Shown: positions 1 through 8,578, counted from the stretch's first letter. The stretch: DNA of 37,870 nucleotides from Clostridia bacterium (GCA_045538425.1 JAZSRJ010000064.1:1-37870); one strand, 5' to 3'. The notes: generated by a model from the letters alone, not told the origin. Program-made: numbers and translations.

Positions 1-183
1 ATCTCTAAGATCTACCAACAACCCGCAATTGATATGGAAGAGCCAACTATAATGACCGTGCAAAAAATTGCATCACAAACACAACGTAAACGTAATGTTG
101 TCTTTGGCGATGATGATATTTATCGCAAGCTTTTACAAGAAGCTAGAGCTGTCAAAGAAAGTCATGAAGAACTTGGATATTAA
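1..183 (+). CDS. 3' end of an unidentified CDS (5' part lies outside the window)
   Basis: Frame 1 is open from base 1 to TAA at 181-183 (...VVFGDDDIYRKLLQEARAVKESHEELGY*). A hairpin terminator follows directly. No family is recognisable from 60 residues. Confidence 0.45.
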   Translation: MSKIYQQPAIDMEEPTIMTVQKIASQTQRKRNVVFGDDDIYRKLLQEARAVKESHEELGY

Positions 184-190
184 AAACAAA

Positions 191-215
191 AACCACAATT
201 GCTTGTGGTTTTTTT
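191..215 (+). terminator. Rho-independent terminator
   Basis: Stem-loop aaccacaa / ttgc / ttgtggtt followed by T5. Confidence 0.7.
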
Positions 216-265
216 ATGAATCATCTTCTTTGTGTATGAACAAAACAACCACTCTTTGATTTCAT

Positions 266-295
266 TTGACCTAAAAGTCCAAAACAATGTATACT
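266..295 (+). promoter_or_regulatory. Candidate sigma-A promoter for the 316 CDS
   Basis: TTGACC (266-271), 18-nt spacer, TATACT (290-295). Confidence 0.4.
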
Positions 296-315
296 AAAAG
301 AGTATAGGAGAAATT

Positions 316-903
316 ATGAAATACTTTACTAGCGATATTCATTTTAGTGATCCGGAAACCCTGCTTGACGAAGATAGACCATTTTCTAGTATTAAGGCTT
401 TTGACAAATGGATTATCAAACATTGGAACAAAATAGCAAAAACTGGCGACACGATCTATGTCATTGGAGACTTATTTGATTGTCATAAAAGTGGTAAAAC
501 CAATTGGTTGCACGCCTTACAACTCACAAAAAAAGTCAAAGCAGATATTATTCTTATCCTTGGCAATAATGAAGAACGTATTATCCAATTCTACTTTAAC
601 AACGACTTTGACAAATTTCGTCAATTTTGCCTAGACAACGGTATCAAAGATGTAAAGCAAAATGATCTTATCATGATAGAAGATACACCATTTTATCTCG
701 TACACCAACCTATCCATCATCATAAAGAATATATTAATCTTTATGGACACTTGCACAGATCCAACGGAATGTGGTCAAGTTTTGGCATCAATGTCGCTTG
801 CGACATGAATCATTTTCGATTGTACAGCGAACAAGAAATTATCCGTCAGGTAGGATTAAAAAATAGATATTTTCCTACTGACCCTAATTGCAACGAACAT
901 TAA
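316..903 (+). CDS. Metallophosphoesterase (calcineurin-like) family protein
   Basis: AGGAG RBS upstream of the ATG. Ordered motifs SDIHF (DxH), VIGDLFD (GD), LGNNEE (GNH[DE]-like) and GHLH. Confidence 0.8.
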   Translation: MKYFTSDIHFSDPETLLDEDRPFSSIKAFDKWIIKHWNKIAKTGDTIYVIGDLFDCHKSGKTNWLHALQLTKKVKADIILILGNNEERIIQFYFNNDFDKFRQFCLDNGIKDVKQNDLIMIEDTPFYLVHQPIHHHKEYINLYGHLHRSNGMWSSFGINVACDMNHFRLYSEQEIIRQVGLKNRYFPTDPNCNEH

Positions 904-926
904 GATTGGCTTGTCCAATCTTTTTT
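903..926 (+). terminator. Rho-independent terminator
   Basis: Stem-loop agattgg / cttgt / ccaatct followed by T5. Confidence 0.7.
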
Positions 927-969
927 CGACAATCTTCCCCCTCATCTTGGATAAGCCATAAAAAAATGG

Positions 970-998
970 ATGACAAATATCCTTGTGTGTGCTATACT
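970..998 (+). promoter_or_regulatory. Candidate promoter of the tRNA gene
   Basis: ATGACA (970-975), 17-nt spacer, TATACT (993-998), about 22 nt upstream of the tRNA 5' end. Confidence 0.45.
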
Positions 999-1020
999 AT
1001 TTTAGATAGATATCTTAATT

Positions 1021-1094
1021 GCAGGTATAATTTAGTGGCAAAATGTGTGCTTCCCAAGCATAATTCGCGGGTTCGATTCCCGCTACCTGCTCCA
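1021..1094 (+). tRNA. tRNA-Gly (anticodon CCC), CCA encoded
   Basis: Hand-folded cloverleaf. Acceptor GCAGGTA/TACCTGC is fully paired, D stem is ATTT/AAAT with a GG loop, and anticodon stem TGTGC/GCATA carries loop TTCCCAA. T arm is GCGGG-TTCGATT-CCCGC, the discriminator is T, and the 3' end is CCA. Total 74 nt. Confidence 0.9.
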
Positions 1095-1097
1095 ATC

Positions 1098-1130
1098 AAC
1101 ACCTCGTTATTCACAAGGTGTTTTATTTTT
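1098..1130 (+). terminator. Rho-independent terminator after the tRNA
   Basis: Stem aacacct / 11-nt loop / aggtgtt followed by ttattttt. Confidence 0.6.
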
Positions 1131-1301
1131 TACATTTCTATTATTCACAACAAAAAGTGTGCTTCTTTTTAGTCAACATCTTCATACAAAACCTATTATC
1201 TTGTCACAAAAGTCAGACTTTTTGTATACAATTAGCATAAAGCACTAGTCAACTTTGAAAAAATGTAGTACAATAAAATTAGTATAACAACTGGGTGAAA
1301 T

Positions 1302-2813
1302 ATGAAAAAAATTTATTACAATGGCAATATTATTACATTAGACAAAACAAAACATGCAGACTGTGTCATCACAGAAGGTGATACGATTATTTTTGTAGGA
1401 AAATTAAAACATAGTCAGGTCACCTTAACCAATGAAGATCAATATATTGATCTAAAAGGCAAAACTTTGATGCCGGCTTTTTTTGAAGGATATGGACATT
1501 ATATTGCAAGTATCAACAATCAATTGCAACTCAACCTTCATCACTGCCATTCTTATGCAACATTAAAGGACCTCATTCAACAATTCGAAACAAAACTCAA
1601 AGAGAAAGATTGGATTATTGCGAGCAACTATCATGCAGACCAATGGAAAGAGAAAAAAGAAATGACTCGCCTAGTCTTAGATAAGATGACAGAACACCCA
1701 ATGATGATCACCACTATTGATGGAAAAACAACCATCTTCAACACCAAGGCACTCCAACAACTCAAAGTCAAGATCACAGACAAAGATAAAGGGATCAAAA
1801 CACAAGAAGAAGTACAACAATGGCAAGAGTCTATCCCTACCCCTACTGTCAAACAACTTGCTAGTGCAGTAGAACGTACCAATCAATTGTATGCATCTAT
1901 GGGTATCACTACCGTATGCGAAAGTACGATGACTACTAGTCTGTTACCTGTATACCAATATATGTACGACAATGATCTACTACAACTAGATACCATTGGT
2001 TATACAGATAAAGATAGTTATGAAGATTATGGCAACTATTTCAGTGATGAGTATCGTCATCACTTTAGACTTGGTGGGATCAATCTAATATTAGACGGTC
2101 GTGCTGAATCTATGATGGCTCACATGAAAACATCCTACAAAGGCACAAAATATTATGGCCAACCTAACATAAGTCAAGACCAACTTCGAGACGATCTTCA
2201 ATGGGCAAAAGAAAACAACATTCACGTAACACTGGAATGTAATGGAAACAAATGCTTTGCCAATTTTGTCAAAATCTTGAAAGAATATGACAAAAAAGAG
2301 ATAGTTTCTCGTCAATACATCCTAACGCAATGTGGTATGATAGAACCAGATCAAATCTATTATATGCGACGTTATGGGATCACCCCATGTTTTGACATCA
2401 ACAAAATTCATGACGATGGAGATGCTCTAATTGGGTGTTTTGGCAAAGCTAGATGCCGCACCATCAACCCACTCAAAACTTGCAAGAAAAAAGGCATTGC
2501 TTTTGGCCTTTACAACAATATTGTCTCTGGCAACTCTACCTGTCAATCCATTAAAAATAGTCTCACCAGAGTCACCAAGAATGGAATATTACTCAATTAT
2601 GGAGAACACATCAAGATACTAGATGCACTCAAAGGTCTTACCATTCATCCAGCAAAGATGTACAACGAACCAAAAAAAGGTAGTATAGCAAAAGGAAAAC
2701 TTGCCAATTTTGTTATTTTGAGCAACAATCCTCTCAAATGCAAAATTTATCAATTAGAAACCATTCAAGTCGAAACAACTATCATGAATGGTGAAGTCAT
2801 CTATCAAAAATAA
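1302..2813 (+). CDS. Amidohydrolase-3 (YtcJ-like) family protein, probably catalytically degenerate
   Basis: 503 aa. The N-terminal MKKIYYNGNIITLD...I.FVG beta-sandwich start and the C-terminal KGSIAKGKLANFVIL motif are typical of YtcJ-like amidohydrolases. The positions expected to hold metal ligands are substituted (see findings). Confidence 0.7.
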   Translation: MKKIYYNGNIITLDKTKHADCVITEGDTIIFVGKLKHSQVTLTNEDQYIDLKGKTLMPAFFEGYGHYIASINNQLQLNLHHCHSYATLKDLIQQFETKLKEKDWIIASNYHADQWKEKKEMTRLVLDKMTEHPMMITTIDGKTTIFNTKALQQLKVKITDKDKGIKTQEEVQQWQESIPTPTVKQLASAVERTNQLYASMGITTVCESTMTTSLLPVYQYMYDNDLLQLDTIGYTDKDSYEDYGNYFSDEYRHHFRLGGINLILDGRAESMMAHMKTSYKGTKYYGQPNISQDQLRDDLQWAKENNIHVTLECNGNKCFANFVKILKEYDKKEIVSRQYILTQCGMIEPDQIYYMRRYGITPCFDINKIHDDGDALIGCFGKARCRTINPLKTCKKKGIAFGLYNNIVSGNSTCQSIKNSLTRVTKNGILLNYGEHIKILDALKGLTIHPAKMYNEPKKGSIAKGKLANFVILSNNPLKCKIYQLETIQVETTIMNGEVIYQK

Positions 2814-2816
2814 ATA

Positions 2817-2844
2817 TTGACAATTGTTGTCTGTTTGGTATAAT
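2817..2844 (+). promoter_or_regulatory. Near-consensus sigma-A promoter
   Basis: TTGACA (2817-2822), 16-nt spacer, TATAAT (2839-2844). It is embedded in a gttgtct...agacaac stem (2826-2865) followed by T7, which may also terminate the upstream gene. Confidence 0.55.
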
Positions 2845-2903
2845 GAAATTATCAATTAGACAACTTTTTTTCTTAATAAGAAAAAAATAAGAGCGAGTAA
2901 TAT

Positions 2904-3776
2904 ATGAACAAAGATCAAACCATTCAACACTTACGTAAAGCAATTGAAGAATATCAAAACCACGAACTTCATCCAAAAACACTATGGAAAGAATTTGGAG
3001 AAGATTTTGTAGAATCTATGACAGATCCGATTTTTCAATATCACACAGTTTGGAAAAATCCTTATTATCCAAAATCTCATAAAATCAAATGCACATTGTG
3101 CGAAATACCAGCTACTATTCTAAAATATGTTTTAGCAATCTGCGTTTTCCCTTTACGATTGTTGCTCAATCTGATACTCAATAGTCTATACCCTTTCTAT
3201 CGACCAAGAATAAAATATCAACTTGAAAAAAATATTGCTCGCATATTGCAACACTCCCAAGAGATCCCTTTAGATGAATGCCAACATATTGCAAAGCAAT
3301 ACAAATTGACTCACCTACAAAAGGTGATACCTCCAACGAGTTTGCCACAAGACACGACTTATCAACACATAAAAGAAGGATTACTTTCTCTTAATCAAGA
3401 AAAAAAGATATCTAAAAAACAATTGATGCAAAAGAAAAACGACACTATCTACTTAATGCAACAAAAATTATTTCATGCATACAACAACGCACAAATAATG
3501 CAATTCTATTGTTATCAATGGAACTTGATCGAAGATGCTATTGAAAAATACAGTTGTCAACCTATCACCAAAAAACCGACTTATACTACTCTGCAACCAG
3601 AGAAAATATATCAACTCATGAAGAAAAGAACAAACTTAATTGACCAAAAACTCACATATCTTATCAAAACAGATTTTCAAAATGGACTCCCTACTCTTGA
3701 AGGACTGCTCACAACAGTGAATTGGATTGCAACCCGCACAACAATGAGTGGTAGAGACCACGACCTTATTTTTTAA
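2904..3776 (+). CDS. Hypothetical protein with one central hydrophobic segment
   Basis: 290-aa ORF with its own promoter and terminator. No motif recognised. Hydrophobic stretch ATILKYVLAICVFPLRLLLNLILNSLYPF. Confidence 0.6.
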   Translation: MNKDQTIQHLRKAIEEYQNHELHPKTLWKEFGEDFVESMTDPIFQYHTVWKNPYYPKSHKIKCTLCEIPATILKYVLAICVFPLRLLLNLILNSLYPFYRPRIKYQLEKNIARILQHSQEIPLDECQHIAKQYKLTHLQKVIPPTSLPQDTTYQHIKEGLLSLNQEKKISKKQLMQKKNDTIYLMQQKLFHAYNNAQIMQFYCYQWNLIEDAIEKYSCQPITKKPTYTTLQPEKIYQLMKKRTNLIDQKLTYLIKTDFQNGLPTLEGLLTTVNWIATRTTMSGRDHDLIF

Positions 3777-3779
3777 TAA

Positions 3780-3808
3780 AAAAAACGAGTAACAATTACT
3801 CGTTTTTT
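3780..3808. terminator. Bidirectional terminator between convergent genes
   Basis: A-run, cgagtaa / caa / ttactcg stem-loop, then T6. Confidence 0.75.
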
Positions 3809-3813
3809 ATTTT

Positions 3814-4371
3814 TTATTTCTTTTTGCCTGCTTTCTTAACTGGTTTTGCAGTTAAAATACCAACGACACCAGCAACAACAAAAGCGATTTGGAACCAAGC
3901 CCAGAATGTAGCAGCAAGACCATATTTGTATGTAACTTTAGTCATTAATACATCAATTGTTGTAGAATAACTATTGATTGTAATAGCCATGATAACAGTG
4001 ACAAATGCTAAGATACCACATACAAGTGTTGCGTAACCAAGTACTTTTTCTACCAATTCTTTTCCTTTGAAACTAATTTTCAATAAGTCAAGAACAAGAA
4101 GTACTACATACGCAACTGCAAGAATCATAATTGCTACAACAAATACAGTATTGAGTGTCATCCAAATTGTTTGAAACTTATCTGCTTGAAATAAATTGAA
4201 TACTTTTTCCACATCAGCATAACTATCCAACAACTTAAATGTACTCAAAATTTCTGTTTCTTTACCAGCTGTTAAAAACAAATTAAATACTGGCACAAAA
4301 CACATGATAAATGCAGGAACCATTAATACAATAGTAATGATACGAGCGATCAATTTGTTATTTGCTTTCAT
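3814..4371 (-). CDS. Small integral membrane protein, function unknown
   Basis: 185 aa with about four hydrophobic helices and a lysine-rich C-terminus. AAGGAGGGG RBS. TTGACC-17-TATACT promoter in 4385-4420. Confidence 0.7.
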   Translation of the reverse strand: MKANNKLIARIITIVLMVPAFIMCFVPVFNLFLTAGKETEILSTFKLLDSYADVEKVFNLFQADKFQTIWMTLNTVFVVAIMILAVAYVVLLVLDLLKISFKGKELVEKVLGYATLVCGILAFVTVIMAITINSYSTTIDVLMTKVTYKYGLAATFWAWFQIAFVVAGVVGILTAKPVKKAGKKK

Positions 4372-4501
4372 ATTCTCCCCTCCTTATATTAAGTATAATC
4401 AAAACACTCTTTTTGGTCAAACAAAAATAAGATGATCTCTATTTTTTATGTATTCTAACCAAAAAATGTGTCCAAGTTGTTATGAAAAAAAGAAGAAGAT
4501 T

Positions 4502-5698
4502 TTATTCTTCTCCCTCTTCATCATCCCCATCAAAATCAAGTAGTCCATAATATTCTTGTTCGTTGGCAACAGGCAAGGCTTCTACACTGCGCAATTTTCT
4601 TTCTATGGTTCTTGTTTTTGATGACGCAAGTTCCATTGTATTAGTAATTTCTTTTAGTTTTTTATTAGTTTTGTCAAGCAATCCACCAAACTTAGCAAAC
4701 TCACTTTTTACATTGCCCAACACTTGCCAAACTTCACTTGTACGTTTTTCAATAGCGAGCGTACGGAATCCCATACAAAGACTATTGATAAATGCAGTAA
4801 AAGTTGTTGGTCCAGTCACTGTTACTTTATAATCTCTAGACAAAGTTTCTACAAGTGATGTATTGCGCAATACTTCACAATACAATCCTTCTGTCGGTAA
4901 GAACATAACTCCAAAGTTGGTTGTCTTTGGCGGATCGATGTACTTATCTCTAATTTGGCTAGCACATACTTTGATGCTTTTTTCAAGTTGGCGTCTAGCG
5001 TGTTCTACTTCTGCTAAATCCCCTTTTTCTTCTGCCTCAACAAGTCTTTGATAATCTTCGATAGGGAATTTACTATCTACTGGCAACAATAGATCTTCTC
5101 CGTCTGCTTTGCTTGGAATTTTGATCGCAAACTCAACAAAATCATTGCTATTACGTTTAATCTTCGCATTGGTAACATATTGTTCTTTGGTTAAGAATTG
5201 TTCTAGAATATTGCTAAGTTGAACTTCTCCCCATGTACCACGACTTTTCACATTGGTCAATACTTTTTTTAGATCACCCACACCTTGCGCCAATGTTTGC
5301 ATTTCGCCAAGACCTTTATAGACAGACTCTAGTCGATCGTTGACATTCTTAAAAGTTTCACCAAGACGCTTTTCTAGTGTATCGTTGAGTTTTTCATCCA
5401 CCGTAACACGCATCTTTTCCAACTTTTCTGTGTTATCTCGATTGATTTTGTCCAAACCATCTTCTACGGTTTTTCGCACATTATCTAATTTCAGTTCATT
5501 CATCTTGGTCATTGCATCAATACGATCACCAATAGATTTTGCAAGTTCTTGTCTCGTAATACTGAGCTGTGAAGTCAGTTCTGCTCTTATTTCTTTTTCC
5601 ACATCTCGACTATTTTGTTTTTTTGTAGTCAAAGCAATGATTGCTACAACCAAACTACCAACTGCAATGGCAATACATACCCAATCCAATATTGTCAT
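4502..5698 (-). CDS. rmuC: DNA recombination protein RmuC
   Basis: 398 aa with an N-terminal TM helix, a long coiled-coil and a C-terminal RmuC-type region (RGTWGEVQLSNILEQ..., FLPTEGLY). GGAGGA RBS lies inside the end of the upstream SDR gene. Confidence 0.85.
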   Translation of the reverse strand: MTILDWVCIAIAVGSLVVAIIALTTKKQNSRDVEKEIRAELTSQLSITRQELAKSIGDRIDAMTKMNELKLDNVRKTVEDGLDKINRDNTEKLEKMRVTVDEKLNDTLEKRLGETFKNVNDRLESVYKGLGEMQTLAQGVGDLKKVLTNVKSRGTWGEVQLSNILEQFLTKEQYVTNAKIKRNSNDFVEFAIKIPSKADGEDLLLPVDSKFPIEDYQRLVEAEEKGDLAEVEHARRQLEKSIKVCASQIRDKYIDPPKTTNFGVMFLPTEGLYCEVLRNTSLVETLSRDYKVTVTGPTTFTAFINSLCMGFRTLAIEKRTSEVWQVLGNVKSEFAKFGGLLDKTNKKLKEITNTMELASSKTRTIERKLRSVEALPVANEQEYYGLLDFDGDDEEGEE

Positions 5699-5699
5699 C

Positions 5700-6521
5700 T
5701 TAGTGTCCTCCGTATATTTTTTCTGTCCAATACATCAACCAACTTAAAGGGAAAAATCGCATTGCAAATGCTAGCAATTTCATTTTCCAACCTATAATAT
5801 ATAGTGGTTTTGTTGTCTTCTTACAAGCAATTTTATTGATTTTTCGTGCCACTTTGCTTGCTGGCATACGATGATCATCATTGCGATCTATCTTATGCAT
5901 TGCTTTTTCAATTCGATGTCCATAGCGATCACTTGTAACCAAGTTTTTCTCTCGATTCTTTGTAAAATTGGTTTTAATATCTGCCGGACAAATAGTGACA
6001 ATGTCAATATCTCCTTTTAATTCCATACGCCAAGACAAACTCATCATCGCAACAGCAGACTTTGTCGAGCAATACAACCCTCTATAACACAAGGGAAAAA
6101 TAGCACAAACAGAAGCAATGTTGATGATTTTACTACCCTTATTCATTAGTGACATCAATCTTCTAGATAGTCGATACACACCACTGACATTCACATCAAA
6201 AATGCTTTGCATTCTATCTTCAGTAATCAGCTCCATCGCACCGCTCAATCCATATCCTGCATTATTGACCAAAACATCTATTCTTCCATATTGATCTTTG
6301 ATATAATTGTAGGCTTTTGATACTGTTTGGTTACTGGTCACATCACAATCAACATGATCAATCCCATCATGTCTCTCTCCTGATCTAGACAGATCCACAA
6401 CAATGTGTCCCTTTGCCTTCCAATCGTTTGCCATTGCCAACCCCAAACCAGAGCTCGCTCCACTAATAACTACAATTTTTGGTTGTTCTAATTTTTGTTT
6501 CATAGTATCATTGTAAAACAT
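5700..6521 (-). CDS. Short-chain dehydrogenase/reductase (SDR) family oxidoreductase
   Basis: SGASSGLG (TGxxxGxG-like), NNAG and YCSTK (YxxxK) motifs. The stop is 1 nt from the rmuC ATG. The start is uncertain (6521 or the ATG at 6503) and neither has a clear SD. Confidence 0.85.
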   Translation of the reverse strand: MFYNDTMKQKLEQPKIVVISGASSGLGLAMANDWKAKGHIVVDLSRSGERHDGIDHVDCDVTSNQTVSKAYNYIKDQYGRIDVLVNNAGYGLSGAMELITEDRMQSIFDVNVSGVYRLSRRLMSLMNKGSKIINIASVCAIFPLCYRGLYCSTKSAVAMMSLSWRMELKGDIDIVTICPADIKTNFTKNREKNLVTSDRYGHRIEKAMHKIDRNDDHRMPASKVARKINKIACKKTTKPLYIIGWKMKLLAFAMRFFPLSWLMYWTEKIYGGH

Positions 6522-6643
6522 TTTTGTCTTTTTGGCAAATCTTTATGCACACATTTTACCCTCCCCCACATAAGATGAAGTGTATAGAGGATCAACCTCC
6601 TTTATACCTCTCCCTCTTCCCCAATCAATGATTGTTAAAATAG

Positions 6644-6682
6644 AAAAATCTCACGAGCAATATCTTGTTCGTGAGATTTTTT
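6644..6682. terminator. Bidirectional hairpin terminator
   Basis: A5, atctcacga / 12-nt loop / tcgtgagat, T6. It lies between the DnaA-box cluster and the SDR-rmuC promoter. Confidence 0.7.
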
Positions 6683-6692
6683 ATCTTGCAAG

Positions 6693-6914
6693 TTATACAC
6701 ACAAAGTTATCCACATATACACAATCTCATAATTATAAATTTTGATGAATATTTATGAAAAAATGATTTTTTATACAATATTTTGCATATATACACAAAA
6801 GTTATCCACATTTCCACAGTTATCCACAGAGTTATCCACAATAAATTTTCGAAAACTTTTCGAAAACTACCCTCCGCATTGTGCAAATGTGCCAGTTGTC
6901 CACAGTTATCCACA
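6693..6914 (+). promoter_or_regulatory. Cluster of co-oriented DnaA boxes
   Basis: Perfect TTATCCACA at 6707-6715, 6802-6810, 6820-6828, 6832-6840 and 6906-6914. One-mismatch boxes at 6693-6701 (TTATACACA) and 6896-6904 (TTGTCCACA). Confidence 0.85.
6846..6867. repeat. Tandem duplication of an 11-nt unit containing the palindrome TTTTCGAAAA
   Basis: ttttcgaaaac at 6846-6856 and again at 6857-6867, inside the DnaA-box cluster. Confidence 0.9.
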
Positions 6915-7039
6915 ACTTGTTTTGATCATCACTTTGCATAAAGCAGTTTTGAATATTCATTTTTTTGAATAATTACAGACTTAATGTGTATTTTATACAA
7001 AACTTTTTTTATTTTATATTCAAAATTGGTTGACAAACA

Positions 7040-8515
7040 CTATGGACATAGATGTGTTGGAACATACTCTATGCTATCTAGATCAAACATTTCTGCTGAC
7101 ACCGTCTCCTCTTGAGATTGCAATACATCAATCTCCTCTTCTATCAATTCTAGTGTTGGTGGAACTTCTTTCACTCCTTCCACAATCTTTCCTTTTTGTG
7201 GTTGGTAGGTATCATGTCTAATTCTTGTTGTTTCGACTAGTGTATCTCCATCATATCTATCTATATAACTATCCACAATATACCCTTGTCTTGGATAAGC
7301 AAGCCTGTATTGTTCACCACGGAAGATGACTTTGTCTAGATACTCTCCTTGATAATCTAACACAACTTCATCCCCTTTGTGTGGCAATACTTCTACAATT
7401 TCACTACGAACTTCGTATCTTGTATTACCCATATCCTCCCCAACGATCGCCACCGTTACATCTTCACTTGTTGTCTTTGTACAGATGGTAATGGCTTGCG
7501 AACTATTGTTGGTAAAGACAAGATCACTAATCCCTTCACTCACCATAGCATCAAGGCCAAGAGGAACATATTTTACTGGTAAAGTGTGCTTATACGCTTG
7601 ATCAACCTGCAACCCCGCTTTCAGTAAGGCATTATACAATGTGGTACTTGCTTGACAAACACCACCCCCTACTCCATCCGTAAACTTACCATTGAGAATT
7701 ATCACTGCTGTTTTGTAACCATTCTCAAGTGTATGTGGCCCAGTGATAGCATTAAAACTCACTTGTTGGCCTGGTTCTACACGAAGACCATTGAGTCTCT
7801 CCAATGCCAATCGCACATTGTATTTTCTATTGCCCGTACTATCACTAACATTGGTTGTATACTCGCTTCGAATACGACTACAATTTGCATTATCTTCTTC
7901 TTTTACTTTTGGCATAACCGCTTTTGTAGGAATTGCTAAGCTAATTTGGTTGGTTTCGTAAAATGCATAGGTCATTGCTTGATACAATTGTTCTCTATCG
8001 ATAGCAAGCCCATCTTTTGAGGGTAATATCTCCACACTGCCATCTTGCAAAACAATACGACTATCTGTTGGACTAATAGCTATCTCTTTTTCAATCTCAT
8101 CAATGCGTGCTTCTATCTCTGGGAAAAGATATTGAATAGCAAGATAATGTCTTTTCCCATTCATATAAGATGCAAGATATTGTTGCTTATTCTCAAGTGC
8201 ATCTTGTCTATCATAAAACTCTTGCATAATGGTATGAATATTGGTAGACATCGACAATTCTTTTAATTCTACAGGATAGACTTTGTGATTGTAAGACAAC
8301 TCAATGGTGATATGATCTCGCTTATAACTCACCTCTTGCTCAATACGATCTGCCACTTGTTGTAGATTGTTATCACTAACCGCATATTGATTGATCACAA
8401 TTGTCGGTACCGGAACTCTAGCATCATATTCTATTTTCCCCATTACAACCATGGTCGTGAGCACTGGGACTATAATGGATAACCCTACAAGATATTTGAT
8501 TTTTTTTCGTTTCAT
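7040..8515 (-). CDS. VanW family protein (N-terminal membrane anchor, C-terminal G5-like region)
   Basis: 491 aa. VanW core GGGVCQASTTLYNALLKAGL...GLDAMVS and an N-terminal TM helix. AGGTGA RBS. Confidence 0.85.
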   Translation of the reverse strand: MKRKKIKYLVGLSIIVPVLTTMVVMGKIEYDARVPVPTIVINQYAVSDNNLQQVADRIEQEVSYKRDHITIELSYNHKVYPVELKELSMSTNIHTIMQEFYDRQDALENKQQYLASYMNGKRHYLAIQYLFPEIEARIDEIEKEIAISPTDSRIVLQDGSVEILPSKDGLAIDREQLYQAMTYAFYETNQISLAIPTKAVMPKVKEEDNANCSRIRSEYTTNVSDSTGNRKYNVRLALERLNGLRVEPGQQVSFNAITGPHTLENGYKTAVIILNGKFTDGVGGGVCQASTTLYNALLKAGLQVDQAYKHTLPVKYVPLGLDAMVSEGISDLVFTNNSSQAITICTKTTSEDVTVAIVGEDMGNTRYEVRSEIVEVLPHKGDEVVLDYQGEYLDKVIFRGEQYRLAYPRQGYIVDSYIDRYDGDTLVETTRIRHDTYQPQKGKIVEGVKEVPPTLELIEEEIDVLQSQEETVSAEMFDLDSIEYVPTHLCP

Positions 8516-8578
8516 ATTTTCACCTAAACCGTCTTTTTTGTTAGTCTATGGAAAATATGGTAAGATATACCCAGACAT

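Noticed and set aside
1021-4371. A genomic island integrated at tRNA-Gly(CCC).
   Set aside because: The genes downstream of the tRNA are poorly characterised. However, there is no integrase or recombinase, I found no direct repeat of the tRNA 3' end, and there is no obvious compositional break. The evidence is insufficient.
6707-6972. ORFs of 68 aa (minus strand) and 76 aa (plus strand) spanning the DnaA boxes.
   Set aside because: Their sequences are just translated box repeats (WIT...WIT, LST...LST). Neither has an RBS and they overlap each other on opposite strands. The open frames are a by-product of the repeated motif.
6522-7039. Calling the DnaA-box region the chromosomal origin (oriC).
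   Set aside because: No dnaA, dnaN or rpmH is adjacent. Genes on both sides run on the minus strand, so there is no strand-bias switch. I could not find a convincing DnaA-trio array next to the last box. My hand G/C counts on a few lines were dominated by coding-strand effects and were inconclusive. It is kept as an orphan cluster pending whole-genome skew analysis.
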